This document shows, piece after piece, positions 35,103 to 44,833 of a stretch of DNA of 64,000 bases. Position numbers and translations under genes: made by a program. The first letter of the stretch is position 1, and each line of letters opens with the position of its first letter. The stretch is from an uncultured Phycisphaeraceae bacterium (GTDB lineage Bacteria > Planctomycetota > Phycisphaerae > Phycisphaerales > UBA1924), in assembly GCA_964387925.1 (NCBI GenBank), contig CAYLXF010000007.1, positions 17,270 to 81,269 of the forward strand, written 5' to 3'. The notes below the pieces were generated by a model. The model was not told the origin of the DNA. It was given only the letters and a program-made list of their open reading frames with translations, and searched no databases.

Positions 35103-37415
35103 TTACGGGCAGCCCGCGTTGAACGCGGAGAGGAACCCGCTGACATCGAAGAAGTCGAGGTTGCCGTCGCCGTTGAGATCGGCGCCCGCGTCACCGGTGT
35201 TGAACGCGTTGAGGAAGGCGCTGACATCGAAGAAGTTGAGCGTCCCCAATGGCTCGGCCAGGTCCGCGTCGTTGCAGCCCGCGGCGGCGTCCACGCAGAT
35301 CTTCTGTACCAGCTCAATATCATCCACGCCCGCCTCGACCACCGAGCCCTCGCCGGTGTCGGAGACATTGAAGCGCAGACGCACCTGCGACGAGGGCGAG
35401 GCGAAGAGCGCGTCGAGATCGACCTCGTAGCGGTTCCATCCGCCGCCCGAAGCCGCGTCGCCCGGGCCCAGTGTGAGCACGGTGGTCCAGGACGATCCGT
35501 TGTTGTTGGAGACCTGCACGGTCATGGAGTCGTCGACGATGCCGACATTGTTCGAGTACCACAGGGCGTAGCTGAGGGTGGTCCCGCCGGCGGTGGCGTC
35601 GAGCGTGGGCGAGGTAAGGATCGTGGTGCCGTCGTCGACATCGGAGTTGCCCTCGACATTGTCGGTAAGCCAGCACCGCCCCGAGCCGTCGAAGTCGGTC
35701 AGCGGGTCCCCGCGGTCGCCCACCCCGGCGGGCACGCCGCGGTTCCAGGCGCCGTCGTTGACCGAGCCGCTGACGCTCCAGCCCGTGTCGGTCTCGGCGT
35801 GGTCGGCGAACAGTTCGTTGACCGAGGAGAGGACCTCGGCGCTGAGGACCTCGCCGGGCGCGCCGCTGGGGAAGGTGGCGTCGAAGCCGGCGTCGGTGGT
35901 GGCGGCGAAGTAGTACTGGATGTCCTCGCCGCAGGGCACGACCGGCAGCGTCGTCGACCAGGTCCCGTCGCCGTTGTCGCCCATGGCGATGGGCGTAAAG
36001 CCCGAGCCCGAGTCGACCATCAGCGAGACCGAGTCCACGACCGCGCCGTCGCGGGTGATCGGGCGGGCGCTGAGCGTGCCGCCCCCGTCGGGGCTGACCG
36101 ACTCGGGCAGCTCGCCCGCCGGCGCCAGGGCCATGGGTCGCAACTCGGCGTCGAGTCGGATCACGAAGAGCCCGCGCTCGATGTCGGAGACGACGATGTT
36201 GCCCGACGGGAAGAAGGGGTAGTTGGACCAGGTGCCGTTGAACTGGGCGCTGTCCGAACCGGGGTAGGTGTCGAAGTAAGCGACCTCGACGGGGCTGGCG
36301 GGGTCCAGGGCGTCGAACACACGCAGCCCCGAGCGGTAGTTGCTCTCGAAGACCACGCCGTCGGCGCGGGTGTAGAGGTTGTGGTCGATCGAGGGCCTGC
36401 CCGAGGTGAAGGTGCCGATGAGCTTGGGATCGGTGGGGTCCTCGACATTGATCACGCGCGTGGTGGTGACGGGGACGACCCCGTTCTGCTCATCGAGCTC
36501 GTCGTTGAGGTACAGGATGGTGCGGTCCTGCGAGAGCCACACCTGGTGGGCGTAGCCGGGGTTGGGGTAGAAGAGCGTCGAGAGCGTCTGCGGGTTGTGG
36601 GGGTCAGTGACATCGACGATGCGCAGGCCCGTGGAGGTGAACCCCCCGCTGAACCCGCCGGCGCAGAAGGCGATCTCGCGCCCGGCGAGTTCGCCCGTGT
36701 CCCACACGACGACCTGGGCGTCGTGGACATACATCTCGGTCCACCCCCCGTCGAGCTGGGGCAGCTCGGGATTGGAGATGTCGATATGGATCAGCCCGCC
36801 GTTGCCGATGTTGGTGCCGCAGACCCAGAGCGAACCGTTGTCGAGGTTGGTGACGATGTTGTGGCTGGTGCTGTACCCGCCGCTGGTCCAGTTGCGCACC
36901 AGACGGACATCGCCGTTGTCGATGTCCGAGAGGTCCATGACCTGGATGCCCGACCCTCCCTCGGAGACGCCGTAGGCGTAGTGCCCGACGACCTTGACAT
37001 CGTGCCACAGCGAGCTGGGCCCGTTGACAGTATCGACGATGACGGGATTCGTGGGGTTGGTGACCTCGACAAACCCGAAGCCGCCCTCGACGCCAAGGAT
37101 GGCGTACTCACGACCGCTGGGCGAGACATAGCCCCAGCAGTCGTTGCCCGAGGCGGTGTTGAGCCCCGGAAAGTTGTTGAGCGGGATGTGCGAGAGCAGG
37201 GTCATGTTGCTGGAGGCGAAGACCCCGCCCCGCGCCCCGGGGTGCTCGTCGAGCGACCAGATGGGCCCGGGGACCATGGGCTGGGCGTCGAGCAGCTTGC
37301 GCACATCGTCGTCGTGCCCCCAGGCGACCGGCGCCACCGACCCGGCGATGAGCGCCAGCGCCGCCACCCTTGCGCTGAAACGACAAGCGTACCACGATCC
37401 GTGATTGAGACCCAT
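35103..37415 (-). CDS. secreted beta-propeller protein (LVIVD / choice-of-anchor-B-like) with immunoglobulin-like middle region and duplicated dockerin-like C-terminus ending GCP
   Basis: Inner ATG with AAAGGA Shine-Dalgarno and a signal peptide (RFSARVAALALIAGSVAPVAWG). N-terminal domain: SNMTLLSHIPLNNF…NDCWGYVSPSGREYAILG…FVEVTNPTNPVIVDTV…WHDVKVVGHYAYGVSE…GIQVMDLSDIDNG, which I recall as typical of choice-of-anchor B / LVIVD-repeat proteins. C-terminus: …DLAEPLGTLNFFDVSAFLNAFNTGDAGADLNGDGNLDFFDVSGFLSAFNAGCP. Confidence 0.85.
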   Translation of the reverse strand: MGLNHGSWYACRFSARVAALALIAGSVAPVAWGHDDDVRKLLDAQPMVPGPIWSLDEHPGARGGVFASSNMTLLSHIPLNNFPGLNTASGNDCWGYVSPSGREYAILGVEGGFGFVEVTNPTNPVIVDTVNGPSSLWHDVKVVGHYAYGVSEGGSGIQVMDLSDIDNGDVRLVRNWTSGGYSTSHNIVTNLDNGSLWVCGTNIGNGGLIHIDISNPELPQLDGGWTEMYVHDAQVVVWDTGELAGREIAFCAGGFSGGFTSTGLRIVDVTDPHNPQTLSTLFYPNPGYAHQVWLSQDRTILYLNDELDEQNGVVPVTTTRVINVEDPTDPKLIGTFTSGRPSIDHNLYTRADGVVFESNYRSGLRVFDALDPASPVEVAYFDTYPGSDSAQFNGTWSNYPFFPSGNIVVSDIERGLFVIRLDAELRPMALAPAGELPESVSPDGGGTLSARPITRDGAVVDSVSLMVDSGSGFTPIAMGDNGDGTWSTTLPVVPCGEDIQYYFAATTDAGFDATFPSGAPGEVLSAEVLSSVNELFADHAETDTGWSVSGSVNDGAWNRGVPAGVGDRGDPLTDFDGSGRCWLTDNVEGNSDVDDGTTILTSPTLDATAGGTTLSYALWYSNNVGIVDDSMTVQVSNNNGSSWTTVLTLGPGDAASGGGWNRYEVDLDALFASPSSQVRLRFNVSDTGEGSVVEAGVDDIELVQKICVDAAAGCNDADLAEPLGTLNFFDVSAFLNAFNTGDAGADLNGDGNLDFFDVSGFLSAFNAGCP

Positions 37416-37600
37416 CGGGCGTCCTTTCTCTGTACCGCGCGGCCACAAGAAGCGTGCCACGCCGATCGAACGAAGGGTTTTCACGCAGGAGCGACCAAGC
37501 GCACCAGACCCCTTGCTTGAATAAGCACCAGTTTATTCGATTCCGCCCCCTTTCGGTTGCCCAATTGCACGATTCGCTGGTGCGAAATCACGCCGGGCGT

Positions 37601-38563
37601 ATGATTCGAACGATGCGATCAAGAACGCCAGTGCTTGTTTGGGTTGTGGCCGGATTGCTCGTCCCCATGGCCACATGGACCGCCATCGCCACTCCCCCCG
37701 CCTCAGACCCCGCGCCATCATCACCCAGGCCCTCGGCCGGGATCATGGCCCCCGAGCCCGCAACAGCGCGCCCGGGGCTGCTGCTGGTCGTCGAGGAGCA
37801 GCAGCCCACGATCACCGTGAGTTGGACGGCCCACGCCAGGGAGGTGCACTACACCCAGACCGTCCCCTACTCCGCTCCGGTCGGGGGCGCCCGCCTGGGA
37901 GAGAGCAATGTGCTCGTTTACGCGGCCCTGGGCGGGACGCGCCTCGATACCGGCGCCGGCCATCCCAAGGGGGCGCTGATCCGATTGGGGATCACCAAGA
38001 ACGACGCCAGCCGCGCCTTCTTCGCCGGCATCGACCCGGGGACCGACATCGTGTTGACCATCCGGGGCGTTCGGTTCAACCAGCCCGTCAAGTATCACCC
38101 GGGCACCGCGATGATGCACCTCAAGTACGCGCTGGGCGACCTCAAGGCCTGCGCCCTGCCGGGCACGGCCCGCAACCAGTACCTGCTCAGTGACCCCAAC
38201 GACACGCTGGGCGGGCGCGTGCAGGCGGGCGTTAACGCCACCCCCGGCGCGCTCGACGGCGGGGAGGGGCACGGCGAGGTCCGCGTCGAGGTCCAACGCG
38301 ACGACCCCACGCTGGTGAACATGCGCGTGCGTGTGCCTTACGCGCTGCTGCGCCACCTCCAGGACCCCTGGAAATCCGAGCTGCCGGGCACCTTCTTCGA
38401 GCCCATCCACTTGCACACCGAGGCCGAGGTGATCCCCATCGACGCCCAGCCCCTGCACCGCGACTACTTCGCGCCCGAGAAGAACGAAACCACCGGCGGC
38501 GTCAACGCCACCGAGCCGACCGCTTCCCAGCCGGACAAGCCCTCCCAGCCCGCCCGGGATTGA
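37601..38563 (+). CDS. secreted hypothetical protein
   Basis: Inner ATG (MIRTMRSRTPVLVWVVAGLLVPMATWTAIATP, signal-like). The rest has balanced composition (…ALIRLGITKNDASRAFFAGIDPGTDIVLTIRGVRFNQPVKYHPGTAMMHLKYALGDLKACALPG…). No family recognised. Start uncertain. Confidence 0.55.
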   Translation: MIRTMRSRTPVLVWVVAGLLVPMATWTAIATPPASDPAPSSPRPSAGIMAPEPATARPGLLLVVEEQQPTITVSWTAHAREVHYTQTVPYSAPVGGARLGESNVLVYAALGGTRLDTGAGHPKGALIRLGITKNDASRAFFAGIDPGTDIVLTIRGVRFNQPVKYHPGTAMMHLKYALGDLKACALPGTARNQYLLSDPNDTLGGRVQAGVNATPGALDGGEGHGEVRVEVQRDDPTLVNMRVRVPYALLRHLQDPWKSELPGTFFEPIHLHTEAEVIPIDAQPLHRDYFAPEKNETTGGVNATEPTASQPDKPSQPARD

Positions 38564-38575
38564 TATCCTGCGATC

Positions 38576-39046
38576 ATGGCCACGCTCGATCCATCCGACC
38601 GACTCGCCCTCGACGCCGCGTACAGGCAGGCGCTCAAATCACGTGATGAGGGCGGCATCCCCATCGGCTCGGCTTTGATCGACCGCGCCGGGAACATCGT
38701 CGCATCGGGGCATAACCAGCGCGTGCAGACGGGCGACCCCACCGCCCACGCCGAGACGGTGTGCATCCGCGCCGCCGGGCGACGGCGCGACTGGCACACC
38801 CTCACGCTCGCCTCGACCCTCTCGCCCTGCGCCATGTGCACGGGGACGGCGATCCTCCACCGAATCCCCCGCGTGGTGATCGGGGAGCACGCCACCTTCC
38901 TGGGGCGCGAGGACTGGCTGGCGGCGGAGGGCGTGGAGATGGTGCTCGCAAACGATCCGCGCTGTGTCGAGCTGATGGAGCGGTTCATCGCCGAGCGACC
39001 CGATCTGTGGGACGAGGACATCGGGGTTCCGCCCCAAGACCGTTGA
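38576..39046 (+). CDS. CMP/dCMP-type zinc deaminase (yeast-type cytosine deaminase-like)
   Basis: HAE…PCxxC zinc site (DPTAHAETVCIR…LSPCAMCTGTAIL). Length and C-terminal helix resemble FCY1-type cytosine deaminases. It is convergent with upp. Confidence 0.85.
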   Translation: MATLDPSDRLALDAAYRQALKSRDEGGIPIGSALIDRAGNIVASGHNQRVQTGDPTAHAETVCIRAAGRRRDWHTLTLASTLSPCAMCTGTAILHRIPRVVIGEHATFLGREDWLAAEGVEMVLANDPRCVELMERFIAERPDLWDEDIGVPPQDR

Positions 39047-39070
39047 TCCATGCTCCCCAACGAGCGCCGC

Positions 39071-39718
39071 TCACTCCTCGACCGTGCCGTACATCCGGTC
39101 CCCCGCGTCGCCCAGCCCGGGCAGGATGTAGCCCTTCTCGTTGAGGCGCTCATCGAGGGCCGCGGCGTAGATCGTCACCCCCGGGTGCTCGCGGCGCAGG
39201 CGTTCGATGCCCTCGGGCGCGGCGACCAGGCAGATCATCCGGATGTCGCCCGCGCCCGCCCGGCGCAGCATCGTCAAAGCGGCGGCGGCGCTGCCCCCGG
39301 TGGCGAGCATCGGATCGACCAGGATCACCGGCCCCGCGTCCAGGTCGCGGGGCAGCTTGTTGAGGTACGCGCGGGGCTTGAGCGTCCGCTCGTCGCGCGC
39401 CAGCCCCAGGTGCCCGACCCGCGCCTCGGGCATCACCTCCAGCATCCCGTCGATCATCCCCAGCCCAGCCCGCAGCACCGGAACGAGCGTGATCGCCCCC
39501 GAGAGCACCGCGCAGCGCGTGCTCATCATGGGCGTCTGGATCTCGATCTCCTTGACCGGCAGCGAGCGGGTGACCTCGTAGACCATCAGCCCCGCGATCT
39601 GCGCCAGCGCCGCCCGGAACAGCCGATGCCCCGTGTGCCGGTCCCGGATCGTCGCCAGCTTGTGGGCGATCAGCGGGTGATCGAAAACGACAACGCCGGA
39701 ATCGGCTCGGGGCGGCAT
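39071..39718 (-). CDS. upp: uracil phosphoribosyltransferase
   Basis: DHPLIAHKLATIRD, VPVLRAGLGM, PRPP loop VILVDPMLATGGSA, YILPGLGDAGDRMYGT. Confidence 0.95.
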   Translation of the reverse strand: MPPRADSGVVVFDHPLIAHKLATIRDRHTGHRLFRAALAQIAGLMVYEVTRSLPVKEIEIQTPMMSTRCAVLSGAITLVPVLRAGLGMIDGMLEVMPEARVGHLGLARDERTLKPRAYLNKLPRDLDAGPVILVDPMLATGGSAAAALTMLRRAGAGDIRMICLVAAPEGIERLRREHPGVTIYAAALDERLNEKGYILPGLGDAGDRMYGTVEE

Positions 39719-39758
39719 GGGGGCAGTGTATGCCGGATCGCGTCCGACCGCCGGAGTG

Positions 39759-39789
39759 AAAAAAAGCCCCGCTCGGGTGCGAGCGGGGC
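39759..39789 (-). terminator. intrinsic terminator after the second GC-ending dockerin gene
   Basis: Minus strand reads GCCCCGCTCG-cacc-CGAGCGGGGC followed by TTTTTTT. Confidence 0.8.
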
Positions 39790-39834
39790 CTGGACAAACA
39801 GGATCACGATGCGGTCACCGCCGGGTGGCGGCGA

Positions 39835-41199
39835 TCACGGGCAGCCGGCGTTGAAGGCGTTGAGGAACGCCGAGACATCGAAGAAGTCGAACGAGCCGCT
39901 GTTGTCGAGGTCGGCGATCGGGTCCTGGGCGTTGAAGCCGTTGAGGAAGATCGAGACATCGAAGAAGTTGAGCTCGCCGTTGTTGTCAAGGTCGGCCAGG
40001 CCGCAGTCGCCGCCCGAGGGCACCTCGACGGTGGCGGTGAGCTGAATGCTGGGATCCTTCCACATCCCGATGGTGACCTCCCCGGTGGTGGGGGCCGCGT
40101 CGGAGACGAACGAGAAGTTGTACATCGTGCCCCAGCGGATCGCGTTGGCGTTCACATTCGACGCGAACGACTCGGCCGACCAGCTGATCGCGTTGCCGCC
40201 CTCGACCGGGGCCCAGTCCTCGCCCGAGATGGCGGCGTCAACCGAGTCGTGATGGTCGATGTCGTGGAAGTAGTGGTCGCTGGTGGCGCCCGAGACGGGG
40301 ACCGAGAACGAGCCGACATTCAGGTCGGAGTTCTGGTTGTGCACGGCGTAGTCGTAGCGGTAGGTGCCGTCGCCCAGGTCGGTGACCTTGGACGCGACAT
40401 GCAGCAGACCCTCGTTGGGAACGGGGACCGGCGTGACGGTGACGCTCGGGTCGGGCGTGTTCACGCCGTTGCCGTGGTCCATCCAGGCGTAAATCGCCGC
40501 GCGCTCGCGCATGATCCCGCCGGTGGTGGAGGCGCCGCCGCTGCTCTGGACATTCATCCGCTTGTAGCTGGCGTTGTTGTAGTTGACGGGGACGCCCTCG
40601 TCATTGAGATAGGCCTGGCCGTTGGGCTGGATCTCGTCCTTGATGGTGTACTGCCCCTCGGCGAAGTACAGGGCGCCGGCGATGCCCATCGAGCCCGCGG
40701 GAACCTGGATGCGCTTGAAGATGGCGTTGCCGCCCTGGTTGATCGAGGTGAAGGGGTAGACATACTGCGCGTTGTACGCATTGACCTCCGAGCGCGGGCC
40801 GAGGCCGCCCTGGTCGCCGTTGAGCCCGGCCCCGTAGGGGTCCGAGCAGCCGGTGCCCAGGTGGCTGAAGTCGCCGTTGCCGCTGCAGCCCAGGCCGCAG
40901 GCGTTGCCCTGGAGCGAGGCGAACGAGTGCTTGACGAAGGTGACGCCGAGCTGCTCCAGACGCCCGTCCATCAGACGGTAGATCGTGACGCAGATGACGG
41001 GGTGGTTGGGGGTGCCGTCCACCCAGTTCAGCGGCACCGTGCCGTTGTTGCAGGCGGTGGTGCCGACGGCGTACGCACTGATATTGCCGACGGTGCCGTA
41101 GAAGTTGACATCGTCGAGCGAGCCACAGATGACATCGGGTGCTGCGGTGGCAATTCCACAGCTTGCAGCGAGCGCTGCAAGAGCAGTAATACGAAACAT
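39835..41199 (-). CDS. secreted Cys/Gly/Asn-rich protein with duplicated dockerin-like C-terminus ending GCP
   Basis: Signal peptide MFRITALAALAASCGIATAAP. The body belongs to no family I recognise. C-terminus: GGDCGLADLDNNGELNFFDVSIFLNGFNAQDPIADLDNSGSFDFFDVSAFLNAFNAGCP, the same module as in 35103-35297. Confidence 0.8.
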   Translation of the reverse strand: MFRITALAALAASCGIATAAPDVICGSLDDVNFYGTVGNISAYAVGTTACNNGTVPLNWVDGTPNHPVICVTIYRLMDGRLEQLGVTFVKHSFASLQGNACGLGCSGNGDFSHLGTGCSDPYGAGLNGDQGGLGPRSEVNAYNAQYVYPFTSINQGGNAIFKRIQVPAGSMGIAGALYFAEGQYTIKDEIQPNGQAYLNDEGVPVNYNNASYKRMNVQSSGGASTTGGIMRERAAIYAWMDHGNGVNTPDPSVTVTPVPVPNEGLLHVASKVTDLGDGTYRYDYAVHNQNSDLNVGSFSVPVSGATSDHYFHDIDHHDSVDAAISGEDWAPVEGGNAISWSAESFASNVNANAIRWGTMYNFSFVSDAAPTTGEVTIGMWKDPSIQLTATVEVPSGGDCGLADLDNNGELNFFDVSIFLNGFNAQDPIADLDNSGSFDFFDVSAFLNAFNAGCP

Positions 41200-41444
41200 C
41201 GTGTTTGTCCTCCAGAAGGGGTTTTGGATACAGATTACAGACTACCCGCATTCCAAGCCCAATTACAAACCAAATCCGTGTGAATTTGGGAACATTTACA
41301 CCAATCAAAAACCAAATACACCGCCATCGCCCCTGCCGTTCCACGAGGGCATTCCCATCCCCCCCGATCGAGCCGCCCGACAATCCTGTGTCGCATGCAC
41401 GCTTTCCCGCTTCTTGTGGAGCCCTCGGACCGGGCAACTGCCAT

Positions 41445-41471
41445 AAAAAAGACCCCGGCGGCGCCGGGGTC
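41445..41471 (-). terminator. intrinsic terminator after nhaA
   Basis: Minus strand reads GACCCCGGC-gcc-GCCGGGGTC followed by TTTTTT, 28 nt after the stop. Confidence 0.75.
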
Positions 41472-41498
41472 TTGGAAATGAGACGCTCAGAGCGGGTT

Positions 41499-43091
41499 TC
41501 AGTCCTCGTCGTCGTCAATCAGCGGCCCTAGGGTCTCGGGCTCGGGCTCGGGCATGGGCTTGCAGGTCAGCAGCATGGCGCCGCCCGCGAAGGCCGAGAT
41601 GGTCGAGGCGACCAGGATCGCCAGCTTGGCGTGCTCCAGGTGCGTCTCGTTGGTCGCGTAGGCCAGGTTGGCGATGAAGATGGCCATCGTGAAACCGATG
41701 CCCCCCAGCATCCCCGCGCCAAGCATGTGACGCCACGACACGCCCCGGGGCAGCGCCGCCAGTCCCACCCGGGTGGAGATGAAGCAGATCACCAAGATCC
41801 CGATTGGCTTGCCAAGAAACAGGCCCAGGATGATGCCGATCGACGCCGGGTCCCTGAGGTTGTCCAGGATGCCCCCGTGGATCGGGATCCCGGCGTTGGC
41901 CAGGGCGAAGATGGGGATGATGAAGAACGCGGCCCACGGGTGGAGCACATGCTCGATGCGGTGCAGCGGGGGCAGCACCTGGCGGGCGTTGGCGATGATC
42001 GCGTTGACCGCCGAGCGCCGGATCGACGATTCCTTGACATCGGTGTCTGGGTCGTCGTGGGCGTTCTCGAAGATCTCCAGCGCCTTGCGGGTCGAGTAGA
42101 CGAAGTTAACCGCGTTGACCCGCGCGTGAGCGGGGATGGTCATCGCGAGCAGCACGCCGGAGATCGTCGAATGGATCCCCGACATGTACACGAAGTACCA
42201 CAGCGGGAATCCGAGCACGAGGTACAGGGTGATCCATCTCACCCGCATGACATTCATGAATATGAGCAGCGCGACGATCGTTCCGGCGTAGCCCAGGTAG
42301 GCCAGCTGCAGGTGGCTGGTGTAGAACACCGCGATGACCACCAGCGCGCCCAGGTCGTCCACGATCGCCAGGCTGGTCAGGAACACCTTGAGCGAGTTGG
42401 GGATCCTCGAGCCGAGCATGGCCAGGATGCCCACCGCGAAGGCGATGTCGGTGGCCATGGGGATCCCCCAGCCGCCGATGGTCTCCTTGCCGAAGTTCAG
42501 CGACGCGAAGATGATGGCCGGGCCGATCATCCCGCCCAGGGCGCCGAAGATGGGCAGGGCCGCCCGCTTGGGCGAGGCGAGCTCGCCCACCAGGATCTCG
42601 CGCTTGATCTCGAGCCCCACCACCAGGAAGAAGATCGCCATCAGGAAGTCGTTGATCCATAGCGAGGTGGAATGGCCCGTCCACCAGTGGGGCGTCTCGG
42701 GCAGGGGCGTCCAGTCGCGGTGCGAAGCCGCCTCCGCCCCCGCCCCCGCGCTTTGGCCGATCGTGCGGTCCTCATCCTCCCCGGCCGGCGGATGATCCTC
42801 GCCGCCGGGCGAAGCCGCGTCATGCTCCGTCTGCGGCGCACCGGGGACGGCGTGCCCCTCGGGCGGAACATGCGAGATGGTGATCCGCGTCTGGGTCTCG
42901 TTGAAGATCTCGTCGTACGACTTGGCGTACCGGGAGTTGGCCCAGACCATCGCCACCGCGGTCATCAGCAGCAGCACGATGCCGCCCGAGCTCGACAGGC
43001 TGGCGAAACGCTGGAACGGGCGGGCCAGTCGCTCGCCGGGCTCGGGGTGCAGGTTGTGCTTGGCGGTGGGGATCTGATGATCGTCTGACAT
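41499..43091 (-). CDS. nhaA: Na+/H+ antiporter NhaA (with ~70-aa acidic/His-rich loop insertion)
   Basis: WINDFLMAIFFLVVGLEIKRE, PMATDIAFAVGIL, FLTSLAIVDDLGALVVIAVFY, and a C-terminal half typical of NhaA. Inner ATG (MSDDHQ) preferred. Confidence 0.9.
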   Translation of the reverse strand: MSDDHQIPTAKHNLHPEPGERLARPFQRFASLSSSGGIVLLLMTAVAMVWANSRYAKSYDEIFNETQTRITISHVPPEGHAVPGAPQTEHDAASPGGEDHPPAGEDEDRTIGQSAGAGAEAASHRDWTPLPETPHWWTGHSTSLWINDFLMAIFFLVVGLEIKREILVGELASPKRAALPIFGALGGMIGPAIIFASLNFGKETIGGWGIPMATDIAFAVGILAMLGSRIPNSLKVFLTSLAIVDDLGALVVIAVFYTSHLQLAYLGYAGTIVALLIFMNVMRVRWITLYLVLGFPLWYFVYMSGIHSTISGVLLAMTIPAHARVNAVNFVYSTRKALEIFENAHDDPDTDVKESSIRRSAVNAIIANARQVLPPLHRIEHVLHPWAAFFIIPIFALANAGIPIHGGILDNLRDPASIGIILGLFLGKPIGILVICFISTRVGLAALPRGVSWRHMLGAGMLGGIGFTMAIFIANLAYATNETHLEHAKLAILVASTISAFAGGAMLLTCKPMPEPEPETLGPLIDDDED

Positions 43092-43259
43092 GGTCGGCGT
43101 CCTTGTCCTTGCACGCGGGCCCGGCACCCACCAAAACAGGGGGAACGACCGCCACGGCGACTGTGCCTGTGTATCGTGCCGATGGTGACCCCGGATTGAG
43201 CGGGGCTGGGAGAGGGTTGGTATTTTCGGGCCTGAATCGCGTATTCATTACGCGCAGAT

Positions 43260-44618
43260 TCAGCGCTGGAAGGGGTACAGGCCCGGCAGTCCCAGGATCG
43301 CCGTCAGCTCGTCGAGCGCGTCGGTCAGGGAACGCGCCAGCCCGGGGTCCAGCAGGTCTTGGGCGCGAAGCTCGTCGGGATAGTGCTTTTCGACCCAGGC
43401 GCACAGCTGCTCGTGCAGCGCGCCGGTGAGCATCACGCCCCGGTGGACCGCCCCCAGCTCGTCGTCGGTCATCACCACGCGCAGGCGCAGGCAGGCCGGC
43501 CCCCCGCCGTTGCGCATCGACTCGCGGACATCGAGGTGCCGCACCGCCGCCACGGGGTTGGACTCGTCTCCGACTACCCGCTGCACGAAGGCCGCCACGC
43601 GGGGGTTCTCCTGGGTCTCGAGCGGGGCGATCAGGGTCATGGCCCCGCCCGGAAGCGTGACGATCTGCGAGTTGAACAGGTAGCTGGTGACGGCGTCGGT
43701 CAGCGAGAAATCGGTGTTGTGGGCCTCGATCAGCGTCAGCTCGCGCCCCAGGGGCCCGGCGATGTCGGTCAGCATCGAGCGCGAGGTGGCGAACGCCTGC
43801 TCGTGGAACATGAACACCGCCAGGTTGCCCGTGGCGATCACATCATTGTGGAACACCCCCGCGTCGATCGCGTCGGGGTGCTGGCGGGTGAAGACCACCC
43901 GCGCCGGGTCGAGCCGGTGGAGGCGCGCGATGGCCTCGCACGCCGCGCGGGTCTGGCGCGAGGGGAACCGGCGCGCCCCGCCGGCGGGGTCCTCGCGGTC
44001 GAGCCCGTACACGAACATCTCCACGCCCGGCTGGGCGTAGTCGGTGGCGAAGCGGATGTGGTTGGCCGCCCCCTCGTCGGCGTAGCGCATCTGCTGGGGC
44101 AGCGGGTCGTGGACCACGAACCGGCTGTGGTCATGGAAGATCATCCGCAGCGCGGCCGTGGTGGTGGGGTGCTCGAGTGATCGGTGGTAGTTGGAGATCA
44201 GGTTGGCGGGCGTCAGGTGCACCCGCCCGTCGCCCGTGTCGGCGCTGGGCGAGACCGTGGCCGCGTTGGCGGCCCACATGCTGCTGGCGCTCCAGATGGC
44301 CGAGAGCAGCGTCGGGTCCGCCTCGTGGGCCTGGCGGAGCATGTTCTCGTCGCTGCCCGAGAAGCCGATGGCGCGCAGGGCGTCGAGATCCGGGCGCTGA
44401 TGCGGGGGCAGCACCCCCTGTTTGAGACCCAGGTCGGCCAGGGCCTTCATCTTGGCCAACCCCTGCAGCGCCGCGGCCTTGGGACGCGAGACCCCCCCCG
44501 CGTTGGTGGCGCTGGCGATGTTGCCCGGCGAGAGCCCCGAGTAGTTGTGGGTGGGGCCGATGAGCCCGTCAAAGTTGACTTCGTGGGCCGAGGACGCGGG
44601 GAGGGAGCCGGGGGTCAT
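43260..44618 (-). CDS. astB: N-succinylarginine dihydrolase
   Basis: EVNFDGLIGPTHNYSGLSPGNIAS…, …VFHNDVIATGN…, …GGGPACLRLRVVMT. Inner ATG (MTPGSLP) preferred. Confidence 0.9.
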   Translation of the reverse strand: MTPGSLPASSAHEVNFDGLIGPTHNYSGLSPGNIASATNAGGVSRPKAAALQGLAKMKALADLGLKQGVLPPHQRPDLDALRAIGFSGSDENMLRQAHEADPTLLSAIWSASSMWAANAATVSPSADTGDGRVHLTPANLISNYHRSLEHPTTTAALRMIFHDHSRFVVHDPLPQQMRYADEGAANHIRFATDYAQPGVEMFVYGLDREDPAGGARRFPSRQTRAACEAIARLHRLDPARVVFTRQHPDAIDAGVFHNDVIATGNLAVFMFHEQAFATSRSMLTDIAGPLGRELTLIEAHNTDFSLTDAVTSYLFNSQIVTLPGGAMTLIAPLETQENPRVAAFVQRVVGDESNPVAAVRHLDVRESMRNGGGPACLRLRVVMTDDELGAVHRGVMLTGALHEQLCAWVEKHYPDELRAQDLLDPGLARSLTDALDELTAILGLPGLYPFQR

Positions 44619-44833
44619 GGCCAAAGGGTAGGACCGCTCTGCGCGGTGCGGGCGAACGCCGGCAACCCGCATGGGCGGAGAAGACGAGCGGTTTTGGAGC
44701 CGATCACGGAGTTTGTCCGCCCCGGACTTGACAATCGTTCCCCGCCCGCGTTCGCTCAGTGCTCGCTTCCTCTATATAGATGCCGACGGCGTCTCCGAAC
44801 ACCGCACCCCCTCCCAGGCGTACACAGACACCC

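Noticed and set aside
41499-43091. ~70-aa acidic/His-rich insertion in the first periplasmic loop of NhaA
   Set aside because: Loop insertions of low complexity are common in high-GC orthologues. There is no motif or repeat to suggest a function.
43220-43262. Imperfect inverted repeat CTGAATCGCGTA…TACGCG(CA)GATTCAG between the astB stop and the nhaA start
   Set aside because: The stem is interrupted, and no T-run follows on the minus strand. It could be a weak terminator or an operator, but nothing distinguishes it from chance palindromes in GC-rich DNA.
43260-44618. astB present without astA, astC, astD or astE neighbours (an 'orphan' arginine succinyltransferase pathway gene)
   Set aside because: Pathway genes can be dispersed, and the window cannot show absence from the genome. 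It is not evidence of anything unusual on its own.
44728-44778. TTGACA (44728-33) and TATATA (44773-78) upstream of topA as a sigma-70 promoter
   Set aside because: The two hexamers are 39 nt apart, not ~17. No acceptable -35 element sits at the right distance from TATATA, so I cannot support a promoter call.
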